A DNA stretch of 64,000 nucleotides, taken from contig JAGWZL010000002.1 of the NCBI GenBank assembly GCA_018968815.1, positions 20,834 to 84,833 on the forward strand, written 5' to 3'. The translations under genes were made by a program, and so were the position numbers. Below, in pieces: positions 8,285-17,156 of the stretch. Under the pieces are notes generated by a model, which did not search any database, was not told the origin of the DNA, and saw only the letters and a program-made list of their open reading frames with translations. The stretch comes from Verrucomicrobiota bacterium (GTDB lineage: Bacteria > Chlamydiota > Chlamydiia > Chlamydiales > SM23-39). Numbering within the stretch: position 1 is the stretch's first letter; every line of letters starts with the position of its first letter.

Positions 8285-9219
8285 GTAAAAAGTCTGTCCT
8301 TTTGTTAGTCTTACTTTTATGTGCGTTGACCATCCCATGTGTTTGGATGGTCTCGCATTTCGGCAAGAAGGCGCCAGTTCATGGGACACACCACCTAAAG
8401 TGTTCTCGAGGCTGCTATTTCTTTGCGGTGCCTATATCAAAATTTACAGCTGCAAATCAACCTTGCTTGGATATTCAAGTGAATGAACAGACTGTATCTG
8501 CCATGCTTGATCTCGGGTTCAGGGGACACTGCAAGTTTTCGTCCGAATTTCTGCAACACATTCCAAATAAAATATCCCACGGGTCCACAAAAATGTACGG
8601 CATTCGCGGCACGAAATATGAGGAAAATCTTTTTACGGTTCCTTGCATCCAGATCGGACCGCTTTCATTTTATGAACCTCAACTGCATGAATATAGAGAA
8701 ACATTGAAATCTGATTCACTAATAGTAAGTAATCATTCTGAAATCTCCCCGCCTGAACCAGGTATGCTGGGCTGGCAGCTCTTTGGACAAACCAACCTTC
8801 TCTTAGATTTAAAAAACTCTCAGATCGCTTTTTGCGACAGTGTAGCGACTCTCAAGAAACAGGGGTACAATATCGAACAATGTATGAGGGCCCCCCTTCT
8901 CTTAAAACGCGGCCTTGTCGAATTCAAAGCTCAAACATCTCAAGGGCCGCTCCTTTGTATGCTCGATACAGGCGCCTCTTGGAATATTATCAATAGGGAC
9001 ATCAAAGAAGAAACAGATGCGTACAACGTTGTGACCTACCCCATCTTCAAGATTCACGCGAAGAGTAATCTGGGACCCATAGCATTTCATCCATACCCCA
9101 TCAAACTACCCGTTCATGTTGAAGCGATATTGGGGATGGAATTTTTTGAAGAGTACTGCGTCTTTTTGGATTTTTATGAAAACTACATCTATGTTTGGAA
9201 AGGAACTTCCCTGAATTGA
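8281..9219 (+). CDS. membrane-anchored retropepsin-like (clan AA) aspartic protease, two lobes
   Basis: N-terminal TM segment (VLLLVLLLCALTIPCVWMV). The C-lobe has MLDTGASWNII (a D-T-G-A active-site motif). The N-lobe has a degenerate MLDLGFRG. Confidence 0.55.
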   Translation: MSKKSVLLLVLLLCALTIPCVWMVSHFGKKAPVHGTHHLKCSRGCYFFAVPISKFTAANQPCLDIQVNEQTVSAMLDLGFRGHCKFSSEFLQHIPNKISHGSTKMYGIRGTKYEENLFTVPCIQIGPLSFYEPQLHEYRETLKSDSLIVSNHSEISPPEPGMLGWQLFGQTNLLLDLKNSQIAFCDSVATLKKQGYNIEQCMRAPLLLKRGLVEFKAQTSQGPLLCMLDTGASWNIINRDIKEETDAYNVVTYPIFKIHAKSNLGPIAFHPYPIKLPVHVEAILGMEFFEEYCVFLDFYENYIYVWKGTSLN

Positions 9220-9411
9220 CATCTCGAGGGTCTATGAGAGATCGAGCTCTCTACTAGTCCCTTTGACCCCTATACAACATTTATTTTGGCCGAACCTAGA
9301 CATCAACCTAGGAACCCTAGAAGCCCAACTTTTCTAGGTTGATCACAGCACCTCCAAGGGCTCTTGCAGAAGCGGGCAGGCTACATGCGATTGTAGTGCA
9401 TATAAAAACGG

Positions 9412-10245
9412 GTGCTTATCTACGACCTGAACACCATCGCACCCCCTTCAAGCAACTCATCGTCTCCTCCATCATCGCTTAAGTTTTTCTTGAAAGGGTT
9501 CTTTGCTTTGCTTAACATCCCTTTTATGTATATTTTCTTAGCACAAATTCTCTCGATTCTACTTCCTTGCGGAACTGAAGATACCCTTTCTCCAATTCAA
9601 TGCGACACAGGCTCATTGGAAATGGTTTTTGATACGAATGTCCATGTCGAGACAAGCGTGTCGTATCCGCGCGTCCCAGAAAACAGTCTTCTTGCACGGT
9701 ATGTGAATGAAGTTGTCAGGAAAGAAGCGCACGAATTGCACGATGCATTTGTGCAAGAGATGAGCGCGCCGCAGGAGGAGCTTTGGGAAGAAGATGGAAA
9801 TGAACGAACGTTGCGTTATGAATTAAGTTTAGTTTTTTCTAATCCTGATCTAATGAGCTTTTATGGCAGCAAATATCAATACCTTGGCGGCATGCACGGC
9901 TCTGTCCGATACATAACAAAAACATTCTTCCAGCAAGATCATGCAATTCGCGAACTGTCCTTGGATGATCTTTTCCTGCCTGGATATCGAGAATGGCTTT
10001 TTCAGTATTGCGAAGACTATTTTAAATCAAATCGATGTGGATACTACGATGACGATGACCATTCTTGGATTGGATTCAATCCTGAAGATTTAGATGCTTT
10101 CCTTCTGACTGAAAAAGGACTGCTACTCATTTTTCAGAATTATGTTGTAAGTGGATACGACGATTATCCAATCACTTTGCTCGTCCCCTATACTAAACTC
10201 GCTTCTATCGTAAATCCTGACGGTCCTTTGGCTGTGGACCACTAG
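9412..10245 (+). CDS. DUF3298/DUF4163-like protein; start uncertain (GTG 9412 or ATG 9526)
   Basis: YQYLGGMHGS and a C-terminal …LLLIFQNYVVSGYDDYPITLLVPY resemble the DUF3298 (RsiV/PdaC-type) pattern. A possible lipobox is ILLPCG. Confidence 0.55.
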   Translation: MLIYDLNTIAPPSSNSSSPPSSLKFFLKGFFALLNIPFMYIFLAQILSILLPCGTEDTLSPIQCDTGSLEMVFDTNVHVETSVSYPRVPENSLLARYVNEVVRKEAHELHDAFVQEMSAPQEELWEEDGNERTLRYELSLVFSNPDLMSFYGSKYQYLGGMHGSVRYITKTFFQQDHAIRELSLDDLFLPGYREWLFQYCEDYFKSNRCGYYDDDDHSWIGFNPEDLDAFLLTEKGLLLIFQNYVVSGYDDYPITLLVPYTKLASIVNPDGPLAVDH

Positions 10246-10378
10246 CATGCAAAAAAGCGCGATCATTCACGATATAGGACCTATCTTAATAAAATTTTTT
10301 AAATCCAGTCTCTAGAAAATATTAGAGTGATGTGCTATCATCCCCACATTCAAGCTGGCCTAAACCAAGAGAGGATCA

Positions 10379-11401
10379 ATGAAGAACTGGTTGACTATAG
10401 CCTGTTTATGTGCTGTTTCATTGTCACTGGTTGGAAATGAAAAACCTGCAACCAATGAGGAGATCACAATCGAAGAAACAAATCAGTTCCCCCAATATCT
10501 TTATAAAATTCTTTCTCTGAGGAATTGGCAAGCCACTGAAAGGAGCAAGACCGCTCAGCTGTCAGCTGAAGATGATGCCTTTATCCATTTTTCTACCCAA
10601 GATCAGTTAGAGAGACTCATCGGGAAATATTGGGCTGATGCCCCTCAATTTGTCATCTTAAAAATTGACAGCCAGAAACTAGAAGGGAGATTGGTGTTTG
10701 AAACAAATCCAGGTGGCACTACTCAATATTACCATCTTTATGATGGGTTTATCCCTTTCAGCTCGATTGTTGAGTCCAAAATTATATATCAGCAACCCAT
10801 AGATACCTGTGATCTACAAAAACTAGACATTGTTCAAATTGGGCATCCTGTTCTACGTCAGGTAGCAAGAGAGCTTTCTGTGGAGGAAATTGTAAGTCCT
10901 GAAATTCAAAACCTGATTGAAATAATGAAAGCAACTATGAGAGCTGCGCCAGGAGTTGGATTGGCTGCGCCTCAGATTGGAAAGCCTCTTCAATTAGCGG
11001 TCATTGAGGATATGGATCACAGCCATCTCAATGCTGAGCAACTAGCTGTTCGAGATCGGCATCCAATTCCCTTTCATGTGATCATTAACCCTCGTTTGTA
11101 CATAGAGGAATCTGCGGGTGACGCCGAATTCTTTGAAGGTTGTTTAAGTGTTCCAGAATTTATAGGAATTGTCCCTAGAGCAAAGTCTGTACGCGTAGAA
11201 TGTTTAAATGAACGCGGAGAGCCTGTTGTTATCCAAGCTAAGGGTTGGTATGCTCGTATTTTACAACACGAAATTGATCATCTAAACGGCACACTTTATA
11301 TAGATAAGGCGCAGCTGTCTACTTTGATGACAGTCGAAAACTATGTTAAATTACACAAAGACAAAAGTGTCCAAGAGATTCAGACGGTGTCCACAAAGTA
11401 A
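10379..11401 (+). CDS. def: signal peptide + DUF952 + peptide deformylase fusion
   Basis: The N-terminus MKNWLTIACLCAVSLSLVGNEKP looks Sec-type. A DUF952-like segment follows (YLYKIL…FIHFSTQDQ…YYHLYDG). All Def motifs are intact: GVGLAAPQIG, EGCLSVP and QHEIDHLNG. Confidence 0.8.
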   Translation: MKNWLTIACLCAVSLSLVGNEKPATNEEITIEETNQFPQYLYKILSLRNWQATERSKTAQLSAEDDAFIHFSTQDQLERLIGKYWADAPQFVILKIDSQKLEGRLVFETNPGGTTQYYHLYDGFIPFSSIVESKIIYQQPIDTCDLQKLDIVQIGHPVLRQVARELSVEEIVSPEIQNLIEIMKATMRAAPGVGLAAPQIGKPLQLAVIEDMDHSHLNAEQLAVRDRHPIPFHVIINPRLYIEESAGDAEFFEGCLSVPEFIGIVPRAKSVRVECLNERGEPVVIQAKGWYARILQHEIDHLNGTLYIDKAQLSTLMTVENYVKLHKDKSVQEIQTVSTK

Positions 11402-11529
11402 GAGACTGTCGTTGAAAAGGTGCAACATCAGAGTTTTTGGATTATTTTGAGAGGTTTTCGATCCTTTTTCTGGGGGTCATATACGGAATGTGGATATTAT
11501 TAACATGCAATATTATCATGTTGAAGGAA

Positions 11530-11588
11530 CTGTTCAATATATATTGAACAGCTAAAAATAGTGAACAGCTAAAAATAGTGAACAGCTA
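11530..11588. repeat. 22-bp perfect palindrome overlapping a 17-bp tandem repeat (about 2.5 copies)
   Basis: The palindrome ctgttcaatat|atattgaacag spans 11530-11551. The unit gaacagctaaaaatagt occurs at 11546-11562 and 11563-11579, with a partial third copy to 11588. Confidence 0.85.
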
Positions 11589-11647
11589 TACACGAGTGAA
11601 TTCAAAAGTTGGGCATTTAGCAAAGCCGGCGCGGCAGGTTTAGGCCA
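11587..11647. mobile_element. partial copy (left arm) of the 174-bp MITE-like element seen at 22201-22374
   Basis: About 50 of 61 nt are identical to 22201-22261 (tatacac…tcaaaagttggg…gcaaagc.ggcgc.gca.gttt). Confidence 0.55.
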
Positions 11648-11651
11648 GTCT

Positions 11652-12557
11652 CTAAGAGCGCAACTTTTGGAGTCTCTCGATGCGCTGCTCGAGAGGGGGG
11701 TGGCTCGCAAAGAGGGCCAGCAGCCCTTTTCGGCCATGATGCGAGATCTTGAATGCGGCCATGGCCGGATTTTCCCGCGGATCCTTGATCTCTTGCAAAA
11801 CCCGCAGCTGCTTCAGCGAAGAGATCATCGCCTCTTTGCCAGCCAGGCGGGCGCCCCCTGCATCGGCCTTGTATTCCCGAAAACGGGAATAGGCCGCCAC
11901 CACGAGAGATCCGAGCACCATGAAAATCACCTCAAAGAGGTAGACAAACAGAATGTAGCTCCCAGAAACGGAGCCCGACTCTTGCCGATTCCGGCCCAAA
12001 CCTGACACCGCATAGGCGAGAATCCGGGCGAGAAAAAGAACAAAGGCGTTCACGACCCCCTGCAGCAGCGTCATCGTGACCATGTCGCCATTGGCAATGT
12101 GGGAAATCTCATGCCCAATGACCCCTTCAATCTCCGTTTGCCCCATCCGGTTTAAAAGCCCACTCGACACCGCCACCAACGATCTTGCCTTCGTGGGACC
12201 CGTGGCAAACGCATTCACCTCATTGGAGTGATATAGCCCCACTTCCGGCATGACGGTCAGCCCCGCCTTGCGAGACAGACGATACACCGTGTCGAGCAGA
12301 TGCTTTTCTTCCGGATCGCGCGTCGTATTGGGATCGATCGCTTTCACGCCCATCATCCACTTCGCCATCTTCCTCGAAAGCGCTAAGGAAATGAATGCGC
12401 CCCCCATCCCCCAAATAAAACAAAATAGCAGCAGAGAAGAATAATCAAGGCCGTACGCTTGAATGTAGGGACGGACATTCAAAAGATTCAACACCACTGA
12501 AATCATCATGACGACAAGAAAATTGAGAGCGAGAAACAGAAAAATGCGTTTGACCAT
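11652..12557 (-). CDS. htpX: M48 family protease HtpX
   Basis: HEISHIANGD zinc motif, four TM segments and an HtpX-like layout. The start is either ATG 12557 or GTG 12569. Confidence 0.9.
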   Translation of the reverse strand: MVKRIFLFLALNFLVVMMISVVLNLLNVRPYIQAYGLDYSSLLLFCFIWGMGGAFISLALSRKMAKWMMGVKAIDPNTTRDPEEKHLLDTVYRLSRKAGLTVMPEVGLYHSNEVNAFATGPTKARSLVAVSSGLLNRMGQTEIEGVIGHEISHIANGDMVTMTLLQGVVNAFVLFLARILAYAVSGLGRNRQESGSVSGSYILFVYLFEVIFMVLGSLVVAAYSRFREYKADAGGARLAGKEAMISSLKQLRVLQEIKDPRENPAMAAFKISHHGRKGLLALFASHPPLEQRIERLQKLRS

Positions 12558-12880
12558 GAAATTCCCCACTTTTTTGATGCCCCCATTTTACCGCATCGGC
12601 GAATTTCCATTGCATGAAATTTCGTTTTCTGTCATCAATTCGTTGAATTGGTATTGAAAAAGAGAAATTGGATGGGTAGAATAGCCAAATGCAAGCCGCA
12701 GAAAAAAGAAAATTATGCTTGTCGCGTCATGATCACTTGCAGCGAACCAAATGCTGACGGAGAAATGACAGTGGAAATGGATGTTCAAGGCGATGCAACA
12801 TTGGCCGCTTTTCTCGTCGATAATGCGAGTCAAGCCTTTGAAGATCCATGCGACGCTCAGCAATCGAAGTAGGAGTCTGC

Positions 12881-14248
12881 ATGTCCTCTTTAGAACGACT
12901 GAAACAGTGGTTCGCTTCGCATTCTCACGAAATCAAACAAGACTACTTTTCGCTCCTGCGCTTTCCATCCATTAGCACCGATCCCGATTATGCCAAAGAT
13001 TTGCGAGGCTGCGCAGAATGGCTGCGCAATTACATCACGAGGCATTGCAAAATGAAAGCCGAACTGATCGACACTGTAGGCTATCCCATCGTATACGCAG
13101 AAGATTTAAGAGCAGGCCATGGAGCGCCCACACTGCTCGTCTACGGCCACTACGATGTGCAGCCTGTCGATCCCCTGGAATTGTGGCAGAGCCCTCCCTT
13201 CCAGCCAACCGAGAGAAATGGAAAAATCTACGCACGCGGCGCAGTCGACGACAAAGGACAGATTTTTTTCGCCATCACCGCCATGCGCGCATTCGCTGAT
13301 TGGGGGCAAGAGCTGCCAGTCAACCTCAAATTTTGCATTGAAGGAGAAGAAGAGAGCTTGAGCTTAGGGTTATCCAAAGCCTTGCCCCAACTCAAAGAGA
13401 AACTCAAAGCCGATGCGCTCGCTGTCATCGATTGCGGACAATTCGACGCCACAACTCCCGCCATCACCTTAGGCGGAAGGGGTCTCGTCACGTTAGAGCT
13501 CGTCTTGACCGGATCGAAAGTCGATCTCCACTCCGGAGTTCATGGCGGCCTCGCGTATAACCCCAATCGCGCCATGACAGAGCTTCTCGCCAAAGTATGG
13601 GATGCAAACGGACGTGTGCAAATTCGAGGGTTTTACGACGATGTGTTAGAAATGACAGAAGCAGAGAAAAAATTGTTCGCCGCTCGAAAAGATGAAGAAA
13701 ACTATAGAAAAGAATTCGGCATTGATGCGATAGGCGGAGAAAAGGGACTGCCTCTTTTCGTCAAGGAAGGGTTTAGGCCCACTTTTGAAATCAATGGGAT
13801 CAGCGGAGGCTATACGGGCAAAGGATTTAAGACGGTTATCCCAGCGCACACAACAGCCAAAATTTCTTGCCGCCTCGTTCCCAATCAAAATCCACAGAAA
13901 ATTCTCTCCTCCGTCACCGAGTTCATCAAACAACATGTGCCGCCAGGCATCCGAGTGGAGATCAAACACCCATCCGGCGAAGAGGCCTATCGCGGCTCCG
14001 CAGATTCCCATCTGGCTCGAGCAGCCTCCGTGGCCGCAAGCGAAGTCATGGGCAAAGAGTGCAAACGAGTCGTCAGCGGCGGCTCTGTCCCCATCCTCGC
14101 TGCAATGTGCAAACAGCTCAAAGCCGACATCGTCGGTATGGGACAAGGCCTCCCCACAGATGATATCCACTCGCCCAACGAACATTTCGATTGGACCCGC
14201 TTTGAATGGGGATTTTTAACTTTTGCAAGGACGCTAGAACTTTTATGA
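12881..14248 (+). CDS. M20 family dipeptidase / peptidase
   Basis: An AGGAG sequence lies upstream. VYGHYDVQPVD…RGAVDDKGQ…EGEEE are M20 metal-ligand motifs. Confidence 0.85.
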   Translation: MSSLERLKQWFASHSHEIKQDYFSLLRFPSISTDPDYAKDLRGCAEWLRNYITRHCKMKAELIDTVGYPIVYAEDLRAGHGAPTLLVYGHYDVQPVDPLELWQSPPFQPTERNGKIYARGAVDDKGQIFFAITAMRAFADWGQELPVNLKFCIEGEEESLSLGLSKALPQLKEKLKADALAVIDCGQFDATTPAITLGGRGLVTLELVLTGSKVDLHSGVHGGLAYNPNRAMTELLAKVWDANGRVQIRGFYDDVLEMTEAEKKLFAARKDEENYRKEFGIDAIGGEKGLPLFVKEGFRPTFEINGISGGYTGKGFKTVIPAHTTAKISCRLVPNQNPQKILSSVTEFIKQHVPPGIRVEIKHPSGEEAYRGSADSHLARAASVAASEVMGKECKRVVSGGSVPILAAMCKQLKADIVGMGQGLPTDDIHSPNEHFDWTRFEWGFLTFARTLELL

Positions 14249-15567
14249 TGGAAAAAGCGGCCCGATTCATTCACAAAGAACCTTCTCTCTGGGGGCCCGT
14301 TTTTCTTCTTTGCACCATTGCGCTCGCGGGCAGCGTGGCCGTGCCATACGATTTATTGCTCCTCGCAACAGGCGGCCTCTTTCTTTCCGCTAAGCTGCAG
14401 TTCAGAGGCTGCTGCTACGCCCTTGTCCTTTTGGGCCTGGTCAGCCTGCTCAGACACACTCTGCTCATCACCGATCACCTTTGGTCCCTTGGACTCGAGG
14501 GCTCCATTGGCGTCTCTTTTTTCATCACCGCCATGGCTTTTGAACAAGAAACCCAATCGATCCAACAACTAGAATCGCAAATTCAAACCCGCCAATCGGC
14601 GCTCGCAAACCTCGAAGAAGAAATGAGCAAAGCCCAAGAAGAGGCGCTCAAACAGCAGATCGCACTGCAAGAAAAAATAGCCTTGCTGCAGAAAGAATGC
14701 GAAGAATTACAGGCCGATCACTCTTCGATTTTGATCCTCAATGAGGTGCTCCGCAAAACAGCCGCAAGGCAACACCAAGAGGCCATCGGATTTGAAAAAC
14801 AACTCGGCGAAGCCCAACAAGAACTCGATTGGTGGAAAAAAACCGACGTCCTGGAAGAGATCGAGCGCCTCCAAGCGGCAAAAGAACAGATCCAGCACAG
14901 CAGCGCAGAAGAGATTGAGCGCCTCAAGGCGGCAAAAACACAGATCGAGTGCAGCAGCGCAGAAGAGATTGAGCGCCTCAAGGCGGCAAAAACACAGATC
15001 GAGTGCAGCAGCGCAGAAGAGATCGAGCGCCTCAAGGCGGCAAAAACACAGATCGAGTGCAGCAGCGCAGAAGAGATCGAGCGCCTTAAGGCGGACAAAG
15101 AACAGGTTCAGCACATCAATGAAACCTTAACCCGCATGCATACGCGGGAATTCTTTAAAGTCAAAGACGCTGAAACCGAAATCGAATCGCTGAAATCGCT
15201 GCTCAAAGCGTCCCGGAAAATCGAACCGCAGGTCGTCGTCGCATCCGACGCGGAACCCAAATACCTGCAGTTGAGAGCGCAATTTGAGGAGAAAAATCGG
15301 GTCTTACAACAAGCCCGCGCCGATTTGTTTAAAACCGATACCGAATTACAACAACTCAAAATCGAAAAAGCAGCCCTCGAACTCAAACCCTTCCCCAAAG
15401 AGATCGAAGAAGAACTCTACGAACTCAATGAGCACATAGGAGGCTTAGAAGAGGAAAATCGACAGCTCCAAGATATCGTCACCCACCTCAGCAACGATTC
15501 GCCCGACAGGCGAAAAAAAAAATTGAAGACGGGAAACCCCTCGTCTGACCAAGCGCTTCTTTTTTAA
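14245..15567 (+). CDS. membrane-anchored coiled-coil protein with 18-aa tandem repeats (Inc-like candidate)
   Basis: ATGA overlap with the upstream gene. The N-terminus has several hydrophobic segments. The rest is a long heptad-like, charged sequence. Confidence 0.7.
   Translation: MMEKAARFIHKEPSLWGPVFLLCTIALAGSVAVPYDLLLLATGGLFLSAKLQFRGCCYALVLLGLVSLLRHTLLITDHLWSLGLEGSIGVSFFITAMAFEQETQSIQQLESQIQTRQSALANLEEEMSKAQEEALKQQIALQEKIALLQKECEELQADHSSILILNEVLRKTAARQHQEAIGFEKQLGEAQQELDWWKKTDVLEEIERLQAAKEQIQHSSAEEIERLKAAKTQIECSSAEEIERLKAAKTQIECSSAEEIERLKAAKTQIECSSAEEIERLKADKEQVQHINETLTRMHTREFFKVKDAETEIESLKSLLKASRKIEPQVVVASDAEPKYLQLRAQFEEKNRVLQQARADLFKTDTELQQLKIEKAALELKPFPKEIEEELYELNEHIGGLEEENRQLQDIVTHLSNDSPDRRKKKLKTGNPSSDQALLF
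14851..15120. repeat. 54-bp in-frame tandem repeat, 5 units
   Basis: The units encode (L/A)EEIERL(Q/K)A(A/D)K(E/T)Q(I/V)(Q/E)(H/C)(S/I)(S/N). The three central units are nearly identical, differing only in att/atc. Confidence 0.9.
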
Positions 15568-15571
15568 TGGT

Positions 15572-16438
15572 TTATACCAAAGTCAAAATTTCGTGGCCCG
15601 TTTCGGTGATGAGAAGGGTGTGTTCCCACTGGGCGGAGGGTTTGTGGTCTTTGGTGCGAACGGTCCAGCCGTCTTTGGAATCGAGCACGCTATCCCTCAC
15701 GCCCGCATTGATCATCGGTTCAATGGTGAAGGTCATCCCTGGGACAAAGGGGATCCGGAAGTTGTTGTAATGATGAGGCACTTCGGGGGGCTCGTGGAAG
15801 GCGATGCCGACGCCGTGGCCGACGAATTGGTTGACGACAGAGCAGCCTTGCGAGCGGGCATAATCTTCAATCGCTTTGCCGATTTCCCAAAGTTCATGAC
15901 CTGGTTTGCACACTTGCATGGCTAAATTCAAAGCTTGGAGCGAGGTGCGTACGACCCGTTCTTTTTCTTCGGAGACTTGGCCAATGCATACCATGCGGCT
16001 GGAATCGCCGAAAAAGCCATCGACGATGCAGGAGACATCGATGTTGACGATATCGCCCTCTTGGAGCGGACGTTTGTCGGGAATGCCATGGCAGATCACC
16101 TCATTGAGCGAGGTGCAGATCGTTTTCGGGTAGGGGGGAGAGCCGTAGCCGAGCGGCGCTGGCGTAGCGCCCGCTTTTTTGTGCAGCTCTCTGGACAGTT
16201 CATCCAACTCCAAGGTCGTGACCCCCTCCACGGCCGCTTTGCACAGCGCATCGAGAATTTTGGCAGTCACTTGGCAAGCGGTGCGGATTTTATCGATCTG
16301 CTCCGGAGTTTTAAGGACGATGCCATACTTCGTCAGATACTCCCGAGCCAGAGCAGGCCCCTCCGGCAATTTGGGGTAATGGCATTTTTTCCATTTTTGT
16401 CCGCTTCCGCACCAACAGGGGTCATTTCGTGTAATCAT
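15572..16438 (-). CDS. map: type I methionine aminopeptidase with N-terminal SEC-C zinc motif
   Basis: NDPCWCGSGQKWKKCH at the N-terminus, followed by a MAP fold (…HGIP…DIVNIDV…GHGVG…FTIEP…EHT). Confidence 0.9.
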   Translation of the reverse strand: MITRNDPCWCGSGQKWKKCHYPKLPEGPALAREYLTKYGIVLKTPEQIDKIRTACQVTAKILDALCKAAVEGVTTLELDELSRELHKKAGATPAPLGYGSPPYPKTICTSLNEVICHGIPDKRPLQEGDIVNIDVSCIVDGFFGDSSRMVCIGQVSEEKERVVRTSLQALNLAMQVCKPGHELWEIGKAIEDYARSQGCSVVNQFVGHGVGIAFHEPPEVPHHYNNFRIPFVPGMTFTIEPMINAGVRDSVLDSKDGWTVRTKDHKPSAQWEHTLLITETGHEILTLV

Positions 16439-16442
16439 AGCG

Positions 16443-17156
16443 CTATTTTAAAGGGTAAAAGACTTGGTGTAAATAGAGGCCGTGAGCAGGCGCTGTCACG
16501 CCGGCCCGTTTTCGGTCTTTCGAGGCGAGAATCTCTCCCACCGACTCTATGCCGATTTTACCGCAGCCGACATACACGAGGGTGCCCACGAGGTTGCGCA
16601 CCATTTTATACAAAAATCGATTCCCTTGGATGCGAAAGAATTGCCCATTCCATTCGATCGATTGGAGGGTGCAGATCGGGTCTTTTTCCCGTTCATTGGC
16701 AAAGGCGGTAAAATCGTGCGTGCCGACAAGACGCGAGGCCGCCTCCCTGATTGGGTCCCCATCGAGAGGGTAGCGGCAATGCCAGGAATAGAGCCTGCGG
16801 GTGGGGTCTTGGGCCTCTCCCAAACAGATCTGGTAGCGATACTCCTTCCCAATGGCATCCAGTGTCGGATGAAAGTTTTGGCGCGCAGCTGCTTTGACCC
16901 GAATATCCTTGGGCAAGACTGCATTGAGCCCCCCCTTGATTTTCTGAGGGTCCCATTCTTGGGTCAGCCGAAATTGAACCACTTGCCCTTCGGCATGGAC
17001 GCCCCGATCTGTGCGGCTCGCCGCTTCGGGCAGCGCTCTTTCCCGCGTAATTTGCCAAATGGCCTTCTCCAACTCCTCTTGAATGCTCGGCCCCGCTTTG
17101 GTTTTTTGCCACCCGAAATAGTGGGTGCCGTCGTAGGCGATGATGAGTTTAAGCAT
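16443..17156 (-). CDS. truA: tRNA pseudouridine(38-40) synthase TruA
   Basis: IAYDGTHYFGWQ…SRTDRGVHAEGQV is the TruA signature. Confidence 0.9.
   Translation of the reverse strand: MLKLIIAYDGTHYFGWQKTKAGPSIQEELEKAIWQITRERALPEAASRTDRGVHAEGQVVQFRLTQEWDPQKIKGGLNAVLPKDIRVKAAARQNFHPTLDAIGKEYRYQICLGEAQDPTRRLYSWHCRYPLDGDPIREAASRLVGTHDFTAFANEREKDPICTLQSIEWNGQFFRIQGNRFLYKMVRNLVGTLVYVGCGKIGIESVGEILASKDRKRAGVTAPAHGLYLHQVFYPLK

Noticed and set aside
9302-9343. A 10-bp inverted repeat (atcaacctag / ctaggttgat) with a 22-nt loop, downstream of the protease-like gene.
   Set aside because: The stem is short, the loop is large and no T-tract follows. It is not a convincing terminator or element. The cccaactttt motif in its loop is too short to link it to the MITE families.
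12648-12872. 74-aa ORF upstream of the M20 dipeptidase gene.
   Set aside because: It has no convincing ribosome-binding site and no recognisable family. It occupies the divergent htpX/dipeptidase promoter region and runs into the dipeptidase Shine-Dalgarno sequence. It may be real, but I cannot support it from the sequence alone.
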